Assembly: GCA_965207275.1 (NCBI GenBank)
Contig: CBDBMH010000002.1
Location: 2,971,651 to 3,035,650, forward strand
Length of the DNA stretch: 64,000 nt
Reading direction: 5' to 3'
DNA from: Dehalococcoidia bacterium
GTDB lineage: Bacteria; Chloroflexota; Dehalococcoidia; Lucifugimonadales; UBA3495
Part shown: piece after piece, positions 54,391 through 63,875 of the stretch
How positions within the stretch are numbered: the stretch's first letter is position 1
Layout: every line of letters starts with the position of its first letter
The notes under the pieces: generated by a model
Database searches by the model: none
Told to the model about the DNA's origin: nothing
The model's input: only the letters and a program-made list of their open reading frames with translations
Position numbers and translations under genes: made by a program

Positions 54391-55821
54391 TTACCGCACC
54401 GGGCCGCCCAGGGGTGAGCGGGGTGAGTCGCTGGCCAGGAAGCCGCCGTAGCCAGGCCGCTGCTCCAGTTCGCCCTGGTTGAGGAGCACCTTGCCCCGCA
54501 GCAGGGTCATGTGGGGGCGGCCCTGCACCTGCCAGCCCTCGAACAGGGAGTAGCCGGCGTTGCTGTGGTGGTCCCGGGCGGTGATGATGCGGTCGCCGTT
54601 GGGGTTCAGGATGAGCAGGTCGGCGTCGGAACCCACCTGGATTACGCCCTTGCGCGGGTAGAGGCCGAAAATCCGGGCCGGGTTTTCCGACATCACCCGG
54701 GCCAGCCACCAGATGGGCAGGCCCCGCTGCACCACTCCCTCGCTGTACATCAGGGGCACCAAGGTTTCCACGCCGGGGGACCCGAAGGGCACGGAGGCGC
54801 CATTGGGGTCCACGAAGATGTTGTCCCAGCCCACCTGCTTCAACTCCTGGGGATAGGGCGCGTGGTCGCTGGCGGTGATGGAGATGTGCCCCTGCTCCAA
54901 GCCGCGCCAAAGGGCATCCTGGTCGGGGCCGTCGGCGGGCCGCAGGGGTGGGCCGATCTTGGCCAGGGGGCCGACCTTGGCCATCTCTTCGTCGGACAAG
55001 AGCAGGTACTGGGGGCAGGACTCGGTCCAGATGCGCTGGCCCTGGGCCTGGGCCTGCTTGATCCGCTCCAGGCCCAGCTGGGTGCTGAGGTGAACGACGT
55101 AGGTAGGGCAGTTGGTGGCGCCGGCCATTTTGACGGCCCGGTTGATGGCCTCCTCCTCGGCCCAGTCGGGGCAGGCGGCCGGGAAGTCGGTGGGGTGGGT
55201 GTGGCCCTCGGACAGCAGCTTGTTCTCCAGGTACTCGATGATGTTGCCGCTTTCGCAGTGAAGCTGCAGTACGCCGCCGCCCCTGGCGACCATTTCCATG
55301 GACTGGCAAATGTAATCGTCGTCGCACATGCGGTAGGGGCGCTTCTTGTAGGTCATGAACATTTTGTAGGACTTGACGCCCAGGTCCAGGGCCTGGGGCA
55401 AGCTGTTGAGGATGCTGGGCCGGTTCTGCAGGATGAAGTGGAAGGCGAAGTCGGTGACGGCGGTCCGCTCCACCTCCTCGCGACTGCGGTGGATGGCCTG
55501 GGGCAGGGTCTCGTCGCCCTCCAGGTTGTAGGTGCCGAAGGGGACCAGGGTAGTGAGGCCGGCGTGGGCGGCGGCCAGGGACCCCAGGGCGTAGTTGTCG
55601 TGGCCGTCAAGGTGGACGTGGCAGTCAATGAGCCCGGGCAGGACGAACATGCCCGAGGCGTCGATGTAGTTGTCCGCCGGGGGCAGCAGGTTCTCCGGGC
55701 CGATGGCGGCAATCTTCTCGCCGTCGATGGCAATGGAGGCCTCGTAGACCTGCGAGGAGGTAACGATCTGGCCTCCTACGACTACGGTGTCAACGTGGCG
55801 GTCGGTGCGGTTGGCGGTCAT
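54391..55821 (-). CDS. cyclic amidohydrolase (dihydropyrimidinase / D-hydantoinase family)
   Basis: ATG at 55821 follows AAGGAGG; ORF track start is 56040 and runs through repeats. PGLIDCHVHL, VKSYKMFMTY (carbamylated Lys position), LQLHCESG, VVHLST, ITASDHAPY. Confidence 0.85.
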   Translation of the reverse strand: MTANRTDRHVDTVVVGGQIVTSSQVYEASIAIDGEKIAAIGPENLLPPADNYIDASGMFVLPGLIDCHVHLDGHDNYALGSLAAAHAGLTTLVPFGTYNLEGDETLPQAIHRSREEVERTAVTDFAFHFILQNRPSILNSLPQALDLGVKSYKMFMTYKKRPYRMCDDDYICQSMEMVARGGGVLQLHCESGNIIEYLENKLLSEGHTHPTDFPAACPDWAEEEAINRAVKMAGATNCPTYVVHLSTQLGLERIKQAQAQGQRIWTESCPQYLLLSDEEMAKVGPLAKIGPPLRPADGPDQDALWRGLEQGHISITASDHAPYPQELKQVGWDNIFVDPNGASVPFGSPGVETLVPLMYSEGVVQRGLPIWWLARVMSENPARIFGLYPRKGVIQVGSDADLLILNPNGDRIITARDHHSNAGYSLFEGWQVQGRPHMTLLRGKVLLNQGELEQRPGYGGFLASDSPRSPLGGPVR

Positions 55822-55920
55822 GGGAGGGCCTCCTTGGTCGGGAAGGTGGTTCTCGAGAGTATAACCCATTTCCGGCGAGCAGAAACGCCGGGCATAAACG
55901 GCGCGACGAGAATCCCAGGG

Positions 55921-56117
55921 CAATCGCGTCTTGAATGGACGCTGTTGCTTTGAAAAACGTCCATGTCGCCCCGAGCCTGCCACAAAGGGTCTAATCCGCC
56001 ACAGGCGGATGCCCTTAGCCCGGTTACGGGTTCGAAGCACGCTTGTAGGCTGGATTTTAGACTCTTCGGTCCGCCGCGGCGGACTCAGAGTGACATTTCG
56101 TTAAGACGCGATTGCCC
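55921..56117. repeat. 197-nt near-symmetric composite of the dispersed repeat: B(rc)-A(rc)-middle-A(fwd)-B(fwd)
   Basis: CAATCGCGTCTTGAA...GTCGCCCCGAG...GGGTCTAATCC | middle CCTACAAGC segment (rc) | GGATTTTAGACTCTTCGG...CTCAGAGTGACA...TTAAGACGCGATTG. The outer 14 nt are near-perfect inverted repeats. Confidence 0.8.
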
Positions 56118-56271
56118 TGCGCAAAGTCAGCATATGTGAGCGCGCCAGGATGCAAGTCATTTCCAGGACTCTTTTGGCGGGCCAGGGGCATACCTCGCAT
56201 GGCGATAGATGCTTGACAGGCCTGGACTGGCTCCTGTTATGTTGCCCTCGCTGGATTGTGGAGGTGAAGGG

Positions 56272-56652
56272 ATGAAAGCAACGCTGGTGGAAATGATTGA
56301 CCGCGCGCCCTGGCGGGAGGCGGTAACCTACCGGGACACCTGGCCCCATGAGTATGTGCTGCTGCTGAAGGACGAGCAGCGGGAATTGATGGAGGCGGTG
56401 CGGGAACGGATGAGGGCCGGCGAGGCGCTGGTGGGCCGCTTCTTCCACACCACCCCGACCTATCTGTTCGTGGGGGATTACAAGTACTGGTTCGCGACCC
56501 ACCACGACCTAATTGACCTGGATCAGGACCACACGGAGTACGTCTTGAACCGGGCGCGCCTGTACCGGGACCGGCGGGATTTTGTAATTCAGGCGGGGGA
56601 CACGGGCCGGGGGGAGGACTACCCGTCGGAACCGGCGCGGGAGGTGATTTAA
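56272..56652 (+). CDS. hypothetical 126-aa protein
   Basis: ATG at 56272 follows GGAGGTGAAGGG. Host-like GC. Contains TWPHEYVLL. I recognise no family. Confidence 0.5.
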   Translation: MKATLVEMIDRAPWREAVTYRDTWPHEYVLLLKDEQRELMEAVRERMRAGEALVGRFFHTTPTYLFVGDYKYWFATHHDLIDLDQDHTEYVLNRARLYRDRRDFVIQAGDTGRGEDYPSEPAREVI

Positions 56653-56737
56653 CATGGATGGGCAGGATGGACAGGATTGGGTGGTGTTTTGTTGGTTATT
56701 GGCGGAGGGGCGGGAAGGACTTGTTGGAGGGTGATTG

Positions 56738-57802
56738 ATGGCTGAGAGTGATACTTTACTGGCGCATTTGGTTCCTAGCATAACCTCCCAAGTTGAGGTA
56801 GCTGCTACAAAGGCATTGGCATACATTTTGGACAACTCCGCTTCGGCAAGAACAGGTATGTTGAATTTGGTCGAAAAGACAGCCGGAGTGAGACTGGAAT
56901 CCGTGACAAGGTTTGTTGCAGAAGACACCTACAAGAACGAGGACGGGGAAGGGGGGAGAATTGACTTCGTAGGATACGACCTTGAAGGGAGGAAGAGAGT
57001 TGTTGGGGAGGCAAAGTTTGGAGCGGCACTCTTACCTGGACAAGGGAGCGGTTATCTTGGCCAGTTGGAAAAAGGCAACTCGGTATTGCTGTTTGTAGTG
57101 CCCGATTACAGAATCGATTACCTATGGGAAGAAGTAAGGAAAGATGTTGAGGAAGGTCAATCTCAGTGGAAGCTTGGCGAAACGAGAACACAGAATAGGA
57201 TCAACAGTGCTGATGTAGAGGGACATGGCGGGTACTTAATGATGGTGAGTTGGCAAACTCTCTTGCTCAGGATGCACGAAAGTGCCAGCGGCGAAGCTCA
57301 AACCCAGGCTGATATCAGGCAACACTTGGGCCTGACAGAACGTTTAGACAGGGATGCTCTATTGCCCTTCGGCAGGGAAGACCTCAGTCCCCTAATGGGG
57401 CGACGTATGCGTGACCTAAGGATAATCTACGACGACGTCATTTCACGCATTAGAAACCAAGATTGGGTTACGGAATGGTATGGAACCAACCGGTATCTGC
57501 AGTCAGGATACGGCCAGTTTTGCCAGATTTCAGGTGTTGGCAGTTGGTTTGGAGTTTACTATAGCTTGTGGGCTCGTGGGGATTGTGAAGAAACTCCTTT
57601 TTGGCTGGAATTAGATAATTGTCCGTACTCTCTTCTTTCTGAAATCGAAAATACACTGAACGTGAAAACGGTGAACGACAAGAGCATCCCCATTCGCCTA
57701 AAGTTAGGAGTTGAGCGTCAAGAAATCGTCGATTCAATTGTGGACCAGTTGGTCACTATTTCCCAAATTATTGGAGAGTCCAGCCAAATGGCCCAACTCT
57801 AA
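56738..57802 (+). CDS. low-GC hypothetical protein with N-terminal PD-(D/E)xK-like nuclease motif
   Basis: ATG at 56738 follows GGAGGG. GGRIDFVGYD...RVVGEAKFGA fits D...(D/E)xK. A hand count of the first 100 nt gives 45% GC, against roughly 65-70% in the neighbouring genes. Confidence 0.55.
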   Translation: MAESDTLLAHLVPSITSQVEVAATKALAYILDNSASARTGMLNLVEKTAGVRLESVTRFVAEDTYKNEDGEGGRIDFVGYDLEGRKRVVGEAKFGAALLPGQGSGYLGQLEKGNSVLLFVVPDYRIDYLWEEVRKDVEEGQSQWKLGETRTQNRINSADVEGHGGYLMMVSWQTLLLRMHESASGEAQTQADIRQHLGLTERLDRDALLPFGREDLSPLMGRRMRDLRIIYDDVISRIRNQDWVTEWYGTNRYLQSGYGQFCQISGVGSWFGVYYSLWARGDCEETPFWLELDNCPYSLLSEIENTLNVKTVNDKSIPIRLKLGVERQEIVDSIVDQLVTISQIIGESSQMAQL

Positions 57803-58674
57803 TGCCGCCACCGCCCCGGGCTTTCCCGTAGGCGGCCAAAGCCCAGTTCGTCGCAGAGGGTTTGGTAGGTTTCCTGGGGGGCGCCCTGCCATTGGAGGGC
57901 GGGCAGGTCTTCAGCTATGGGGACGTCGAGGCGGAGGGTGGCCAGCTGGCGGTAGAGGAGGGCGGCTTCCATGTTGTCGGTCAGGCTGGCGGCCAGGGAT
58001 TTGGCGCCGCGGACGTTGACGGTCCAGTCGGCGGCATCGGGAGGAATCCGCTCGATGTGGGTGTAGTGGCTCAGGACCTGGGCGGCGCCCTTGGCGCCCC
58101 AGCGGGGGATGCCGGGAATGCCGTCGGCGCTGTCGCCCACCAGCCCCAGGTAGTCGGGGATGGAGGCCGGGGCCACGCCGAACTTGTCCCACACGCCGGC
58201 TTCGTTGGTAACTATTTCCCGCCGGCGGTCCAGGGTTACCACGCGGTCGCCGCGCACCACCTGGGCCAGGTCCTTGTCCGGCGAGCAGAGGACAATCTGC
58301 TCTATCTCCGGGGCGTCCTGCCAGCGGACCGCCGCCGCGCCCAGGGCGTCGTCGGCTTCGAACTCGGTCATGGGCCACACCACCAGGCCCAGGGCCGCCG
58401 CCGCCCGCTCCGCCAGGGGAAACTGGTCAACCAACTCGGGCGGGGCGCCTTCCCCCGTCTTGTAGCCATCGAAGAGATCGTTGCGGAAGGAGAGAATTTC
58501 GGTGTCGAAGGCCACGGCGACGTGGGTTACGTCGGGCTGGCGCAGCAGGTTGATCAAAGTCTGGACCAGGCCGCGCACCGCGCCCACCTCGCGGCCGTCG
58601 GGCGCGGAAATAGAGGGCAGGGCGAAGTGGGCCCGAAAAAGCTCGTAAGTGCCGTCAACCAGGTGAATTTTCAT
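57799..58674 (-). CDS. 5'-3' exonuclease / flap endonuclease (Pol I N-terminal domain-like)
   Basis: MKIHLVDGTYELFRA..., EADDALG, LVGDSADGIPGIP (H3TH). Confidence 0.87.
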   Translation of the reverse strand: MKIHLVDGTYELFRAHFALPSISAPDGREVGAVRGLVQTLINLLRQPDVTHVAVAFDTEILSFRNDLFDGYKTGEGAPPELVDQFPLAERAAAALGLVVWPMTEFEADDALGAAAVRWQDAPEIEQIVLCSPDKDLAQVVRGDRVVTLDRRREIVTNEAGVWDKFGVAPASIPDYLGLVGDSADGIPGIPRWGAKGAAQVLSHYTHIERIPPDAADWTVNVRGAKSLAASLTDNMEAALLYRQLATLRLDVPIAEDLPALQWQGAPQETYQTLCDELGFGRLRESPGRWRH

Positions 58675-58787
58675 CCCTACCCTCGCTGAGTTAACGCGGA
58701 GTAACAGGTTGCTCTTGACTCAATTCTATCGCCTCATCCGGTGCAAGTGGCGTTGCCATTCAGGTAGAACATGGGAACTGGGGCGGC

Positions 58788-58813
58788 GGGGGCGGTTCGC
58801 GAACCTCCCCTAC
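58788..58813. repeat. imperfect copy of the GGGGCGGTTCGCGAACC(G/T)CCCCTAC palindrome
   Basis: Compared with 40761..40798. Confidence 0.55.
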
Positions 58814-58890
58814 GGAGGCGTAAGCCGACTGGACCGGGGCGCTGCCTCCGGTGCAGTCATGTTTGACTGCGATACAGCTACAGATTCTCC

Positions 58891-60066
58891 CTACAAGTTC
58901 TCCAATACGCGGGCTATGCGTTCGACGCCCTCCAGCACGCGGTCGGCGGGGGAGCGCATGAGGGCGATGCGGAAGTGGCCCTCACCGCTTTCGCCAAAGC
59001 CGGCGCCCGGGGTTACCACCACGCCTTCCCGTTCCACCAGCAATTCGGCCAACTCGGCAGACGTCATATCCACCGAGTAGCGCGGGAACAGGAAAGTGGC
59101 CCCGTCGGGCAGGGGACAGTGAACGCCCGATACCTGGTACAGGCGGTCGGCGCAGCGGATGCGGAGTTCGTTGCAGTCTTCACGCCACTGGGTCAGGTGG
59201 TCCTGGGGTCCCTGCAGGGCCGCCACGCCGGCCATCTGCACAAAGGGGGAAACGAAGCTGGCCGTCTGCTCCTGAATCTTGAGCAGGGGTTCCAGCAGGT
59301 CAGACTGGGCCACGATGCAGCCCAGCCGCCAGCCGGCCATGGAGTAGGCCTTGGTGAAGGTGTAGCTGGTCAGGGTGCGCTCGGCCATGCCTTCCAGGGT
59401 AGCCACGGTGACGTGCTGGTTGCCATCGTAGGTGAAATACTCGTAGGTCTCGTCGCAGACCACCAGCAGATCGTGTTCCATGGCAACCCGGGCCACCGCC
59501 TCCAGTTCCTCCAGGGTATATACGCGGCCCGTGGGGTTGTTGGGGTTGTTGATGATGAGCATTTTGGACTGGGGAGTGACGTATTCCTTCAGCTGCTCGT
59601 AGGTGATGTAGTACTCCTCTTCCTCGCTGAGGGGCACGGCCACGGGAATGCCCTCAGCCATCTCCACCTGCTGGCTGAAGCTTACCCAAGTGGGTTCTAT
59701 AACCAGCGCCTCGTCGCCCCGTTCGAGGTAGGCATTGATGGCGTCGTACAAGCCCATCTTGCTGCCCGGCGTGACCAGGATATCGCCATCGGGGTCTATG
59801 GCGCGGCCGTTGTGGGTCGCCAGTTTTTCCGCCATGGCATGGCGCAGTTCGGGCAACCCCCGGGAGGAGCTGATGTTGGTAAGCCCCCGGTTGAGGGCGT
59901 CAATGCCCGCCTGGACAATGTGGGGCGGAGTGACGTGGTGGGGGCTGGACTGACCCAGGTCGATAACGTCGTGACCCTGGCGGGCCAGTTGCCGCGCCTT
60001 TTCGCCAGCGGCCAGGGTGGCGGGCGGCTGCACCCGTTGAATGCGGGATGCCGGAGTGCGGGCCAT
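58891..60066 (-). CDS. class I/II pyridoxal-phosphate-dependent aminotransferase (AspC-like)
   Basis: ATG at 60066 follows AAGGAG; ORF track start is 60126. NNPNNPTG and SYTFTKAYSMAGWRLG (PLP Lys). Confidence 0.9.
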   Translation of the reverse strand: MARTPASRIQRVQPPATLAAGEKARQLARQGHDVIDLGQSSPHHVTPPHIVQAGIDALNRGLTNISSSRGLPELRHAMAEKLATHNGRAIDPDGDILVTPGSKMGLYDAINAYLERGDEALVIEPTWVSFSQQVEMAEGIPVAVPLSEEEEYYITYEQLKEYVTPQSKMLIINNPNNPTGRVYTLEELEAVARVAMEHDLLVVCDETYEYFTYDGNQHVTVATLEGMAERTLTSYTFTKAYSMAGWRLGCIVAQSDLLEPLLKIQEQTASFVSPFVQMAGVAALQGPQDHLTQWREDCNELRIRCADRLYQVSGVHCPLPDGATFLFPRYSVDMTSAELAELLVEREGVVVTPGAGFGESGEGHFRIALMRSPADRVLEGVERIARVLENL

Positions 60067-60187
60067 GGTTGTTCTCCTTTGGGGTGGACTGGCAATGCTG
60101 GTTTTTGGTTGCGCTGAGTCTACCACAACCCGCGTTGACGGGTTGGAGTTGGCAAATGCCCCGAACGGGACCGTTCAAACATCGCGG

Positions 60188-60215
60188 GTAGGGGCGCATT
60201 GTGATGCGCCCCTAC
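60188..60215. repeat. GTAGGGGCGCAT-tgtg-ATGCGCCCCTAC hairpin (12-bp stem) between convergent-end genes
   Basis: The arms were checked base by base. It lies 37 nt past the M28 peptidase stop. Confidence 0.7.
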
Positions 60216-60251
60216 GGTGCTAATCTCTCAGCCCTATTCTGACTGCTGGCA

Positions 60252-61766
60252 TCACTGCCCGTATCCATCAAGCCGGTCTACGTTGTCCAGCAGGTTCAGG
60301 ACAAGGGCAGTAACTTCTCCCAGCAGGGTGGAATTGATGTGCTCCATGGTGTCTGCCGGAGAGTTGATTCGGGACAGATCATCGGAGAGGAAAAAGAGGA
60401 CGGGCACCCAGGCGTCGCGGAAGTTGGCGTGGTCGCTGCCGCCCTGGCCGGAACGGCGGCTCAAGGCCAGCGATATGCCCTCCCGGTCCGCCGCCGCCTT
60501 GACATGGTTGGCGGCCCACCGGTCCCCGGAAAGCCGCAAGTGGGAACCGGAGCCCACCGAGTCCAGGTTTACCATCAAATGGATTTTCTGCAGTTCACCG
60601 GCAGACAGGCTTTCGACGTAATATTCGCTACCGTGGAGGCCGGTTTCCTCGGAGCCAAAGGCTATGAACCGAACGGTAAAGGGGAAGGAACGGCCGGCTA
60701 TCCGTTCAGCCACGGCCAGGAGGGCGCCCAAGCCGGAGGAGTTATCGGAGGCGCCTATCGAGCCAGGCACGGTATCGTAGTGGGCGCCGATTACCACGAC
60801 GCCCTCTGCCGTACCGGGCAGTTCGGCTATGACGTTGCGGGAGGGGACGGCGTTGTCCGCCACGACAACGGTGGCTTCCACCGTCGCTCCCTGGTCGAGC
60901 AACTCCTTCAGTTTCTGCCCGTCGGCCCGGGACAGGGCCAAGGCGGGAATCTGGGCGCGCCCGCCCAGGGAGCCACGGAAGTTGCCCCGCGGGTTGTTGT
61001 TGAAAATGACGGCGGCCACCGCACCGGCGTTGTGGACTTCCGCCACCTTGCTGGCGAAGGTGATTTCTCCCCGTTCAACCAGGGCTATCTTGCCATCGAG
61101 TCCTTGGTCGGGGATATCCGCCGGATTGGCGAGACCCACGAATACCAGTTCGGCCATGGCCTCGCCACTGGGCGTGCCCTGCAGAATATTGGCATCCAGG
61201 GATTCAGGCTGAGGACTCATGATGCTCAAACTGGCGGTGGGAGAATCCCAGGAAAATTCCTGGATTTCGGGGCTGTACCCCAGTTCCTCCAGGCGGCCCA
61301 CCAGGAACTCTGCCGCTTCCGCCTCCAGGTCGGTGCCGCTGGTCCTGACCCCCACGTCCACCGCCAGTTCGCTGAGGTAGCTGAAGGCCAGTTCCTCCAG
61401 CTGCGCCAGGTTGTCGAATACGGGAGAAGCGGAAACGGGCTGCCTTTCGGTTAGCGCTTCCGCTTCAGGCGCCGCGGGGGTCTCTTCCGCCTGGGGAGCA
61501 ACCACCTGAGGAGCAGCTACATCGGGAGCAACCACGGGCGCAGTCACCGGAGTGCGGGATGGCGACGGAGGGACGGGCGTGGCAGTGAGCGGCGGGGTGG
61601 GCGGCGAGGTGGGCAAAGGGGCAACGGCCGTGGGCGGCACGGCGGGTTCGGCAGGTTCGGGGGTAGCTGTCGGCGTACCGGGGAAACATGCCGCCGCCAG
61701 CAATATCATTGCCAGCAGCGCCACCGGTGCAACGGAGACATTTACCCTACGGGAAACTCTGATCAT
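60252..61766 (-). CDS. M28-family aminopeptidase with PA domain, lipoprotein
   Basis: Signal plus LLAAAC-F and a Pro/Thr-rich linker. VVIGAHYDTV...ASDNSSG, FGSEETGLHGS, SDHANF. Confidence 0.8.
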   Translation of the reverse strand: MIRVSRRVNVSVAPVALLAMILLAAACFPGTPTATPEPAEPAVPPTAVAPLPTSPPTPPLTATPVPPSPSRTPVTAPVVAPDVAAPQVVAPQAEETPAAPEAEALTERQPVSASPVFDNLAQLEELAFSYLSELAVDVGVRTSGTDLEAEAAEFLVGRLEELGYSPEIQEFSWDSPTASLSIMSPQPESLDANILQGTPSGEAMAELVFVGLANPADIPDQGLDGKIALVERGEITFASKVAEVHNAGAVAAVIFNNNPRGNFRGSLGGRAQIPALALSRADGQKLKELLDQGATVEATVVVADNAVPSRNVIAELPGTAEGVVVIGAHYDTVPGSIGASDNSSGLGALLAVAERIAGRSFPFTVRFIAFGSEETGLHGSEYYVESLSAGELQKIHLMVNLDSVGSGSHLRLSGDRWAANHVKAAADREGISLALSRRSGQGGSDHANFRDAWVPVLFFLSDDLSRINSPADTMEHINSTLLGEVTALVLNLLDNVDRLDGYGQ

Positions 61767-61985
61767 TTCAACAGGACCTTATTGCAGACTTGCCATATCT
61801 TACGACGGCAAGTCCACTAGAGATTCACCGGTAGAGATTCACCGGCCGCAGCCTACGCCAAGACAAACGAAGGATACCGGATGCCATTCATGGATACCAA
61901 CAAGAGAAAGCCCCCGCGGCGGCTGAAGCCAAGGGTGCGGGGGCCGTGTTCGCTTGTACGGCGCTTCTATGGCTAAGGAAGGTGG

Positions 61986-62918
61986 CTACACGTTGCGCAG
62001 CTTGGGGTCCAGCCTGTCCCGCAGCCAGTCGCCCAGCAGGTTCATGGACAACACAGACAGCAGAATTGCCACGCCGGGCCAGGCGGCGACCCACCACGCT
62101 GTAACCAGCAACTCCCGCCCGTTGGCAATCATCAGTCCCCATGCGGGTGTCGGCCTGGGCAGGCCGGCGCCCAGGAAGCTGAGAGTAGATTCCAGGAGGA
62201 TGACCTGGCCCACTTCCAGGGTTGCCAGCACGATGATAGTGTTGACCACGTTGGGGAAAACGTGACGGGTAATGATGCGCAGGTTGGAGGCTCCGGAAAC
62301 CCGGGCCCGAGCCACAAAGTCCTGGGACTTGATTCCCAGGGTTTCACCGCGCACCAGGCGGGCATAGCGGGACCAGAAAATGCTCACAATCACGATGATG
62401 ACCGTTTGGAAGCTGGGGCCCAGCACGACGGCCAGCACCAGGGCGAACAGGATTGCCGGCATGGAGAGGCAGATGTCCACCGCCCGCATTACTATGTGGT
62501 CGATGTTGCCGCCGAAATAACCGGCTATCAGACCCAAGGTCGTGCCAATCAGGCCGGCCAGGAAAATCGAAATGGCAGCTACGGTGAGGGAGATACGGGC
62601 GCCGTAAATGATCCTGGTGAGAATGTCGCGCCCCTGCTTATCAGTGCCGAGAATGAACTTGGGCGTGCCGCCTGGCGTTGCATAGATACCTTCACCCTCA
62701 GCTTGAACCCAGAAAGGAGGCACCAGACGCTCGCTCAGGCTCCCCTGGACGGGGTCATGTGGGGCAATCCAATTGGCAAAAATGGCCGGCAACACCAGCA
62801 CAAATAGCAATATGGCCACGGGAAAGATCGGGTATCTGCGCGCTGTTCCCAGGGCGCGCCAGACTCCGCCGGCCCTTCTGACTCCGGGGATGCTTCCAGG
62901 TACCGCCAAATTAGCCAT
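61986..62918 (-). CDS. ABC transporter permease (DppC/OppC-like)
   Basis: 6 TM helices and an EAA-like loop VRGETLGIKSQDFVARARVSGASN. Confidence 0.85.
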   Translation of the reverse strand: MANLAVPGSIPGVRRAGGVWRALGTARRYPIFPVAILLFVLVLPAIFANWIAPHDPVQGSLSERLVPPFWVQAEGEGIYATPGGTPKFILGTDKQGRDILTRIIYGARISLTVAAISIFLAGLIGTTLGLIAGYFGGNIDHIVMRAVDICLSMPAILFALVLAVVLGPSFQTVIIVIVSIFWSRYARLVRGETLGIKSQDFVARARVSGASNLRIITRHVFPNVVNTIIVLATLEVGQVILLESTLSFLGAGLPRPTPAWGLMIANGRELLVTAWWVAAWPGVAILLSVLSMNLLGDWLRDRLDPKLRNV

Positions 62919-62951
62919 AGGATATTTTCTCCTCCCCCTTGGGCCCTAAGG

Positions 62952-63875
62952 CTAGTGGGTGAACCGAATGCGCGGATCCAGGTAAGCGTACGCGATATCG
63001 ACCAGCAGATTAGCGCCGATATAAATGCCGGCGAAGAAAATCACCACCGACTGAACTACCGAGAAGTCCTTGGCGCGCAAGGCGTCAATGGCCAGCAAGC
63101 CAACACCAGGCCAGGTGAATATGGACTCAATAACCACGGAGCCGGTCATGGCGCCGCCCAGGATGAGGCCGAAGTAGGTGATGGGAGCGATCAGCGCGTT
63201 GCGCAGGCTGTGTTTCCAGATGACACGGCTTTCCTTCAGGCCTTTGATGCGGGCCAGCTTGACATATTCGGTGTCCAGGACCTCCAGCATGGAGGAGCGA
63301 GTAAGGCGCATCAGGGCGGCCACCTGGAAATAGCCCAAAGCGATTCCGGGCATCAATATGTGCTTCCAGGTACCCCGGCCGGAGGTAGGCAGCCATTCCA
63401 GTTGAACGGCAAACACCCACATCAGCATCAACGCAATCCAGAAATTGGGCAGGGACTGGCCTAACAGGGCAACAATTTTGCCGGCAACGTCGACTCCGGT
63501 GTCCTTTTTGACCGCGACGATAACCCCCAGTGGAATGGCAATGAGGGCGCTTACCACCAAAGCGATGGCCGCCAGTTCGAGAGTTGCGGGAAGGCGTTGC
63601 CAAAGCAACTCCCTGGCATCCTGCCCGGAGAAGCGAATAGACTCGCCGAATTTGCCGGTGGCGAAATTGCCAATATAGGTCAGGTATTGGATGTGGAGCG
63701 GTTTGTCGAGTCCCCAGTAGGCCCTCACCCTGGCATAGTCTTCTGCGGTGGCGTCAACGTCCAGCAGAGTATCCAGGGGATCGCCGGAAAGTCGACCCAG
63801 TCCGAATACAATCATGCTGACGGCGACCAGCGCAATCAGCGCATGGAAGAGTCGTACCAGAATAAAGCGTTGCAT
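62952..63875 (-). CDS. ABC transporter permease (DppB/OppB-like)
   Basis: MQRFILVRLFHALIALVAVSMIVF start typical of DppB/OppB, and TRSSMLEVLDTEYVKLARIKG. Confidence 0.85.
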   Translation of the reverse strand: MQRFILVRLFHALIALVAVSMIVFGLGRLSGDPLDTLLDVDATAEDYARVRAYWGLDKPLHIQYLTYIGNFATGKFGESIRFSGQDARELLWQRLPATLELAAIALVVSALIAIPLGVIVAVKKDTGVDVAGKIVALLGQSLPNFWIALMLMWVFAVQLEWLPTSGRGTWKHILMPGIALGYFQVAALMRLTRSSMLEVLDTEYVKLARIKGLKESRVIWKHSLRNALIAPITYFGLILGGAMTGSVVIESIFTWPGVGLLAIDALRAKDFSVVQSVVIFFAGIYIGANLLVDIAYAYLDPRIRFTH

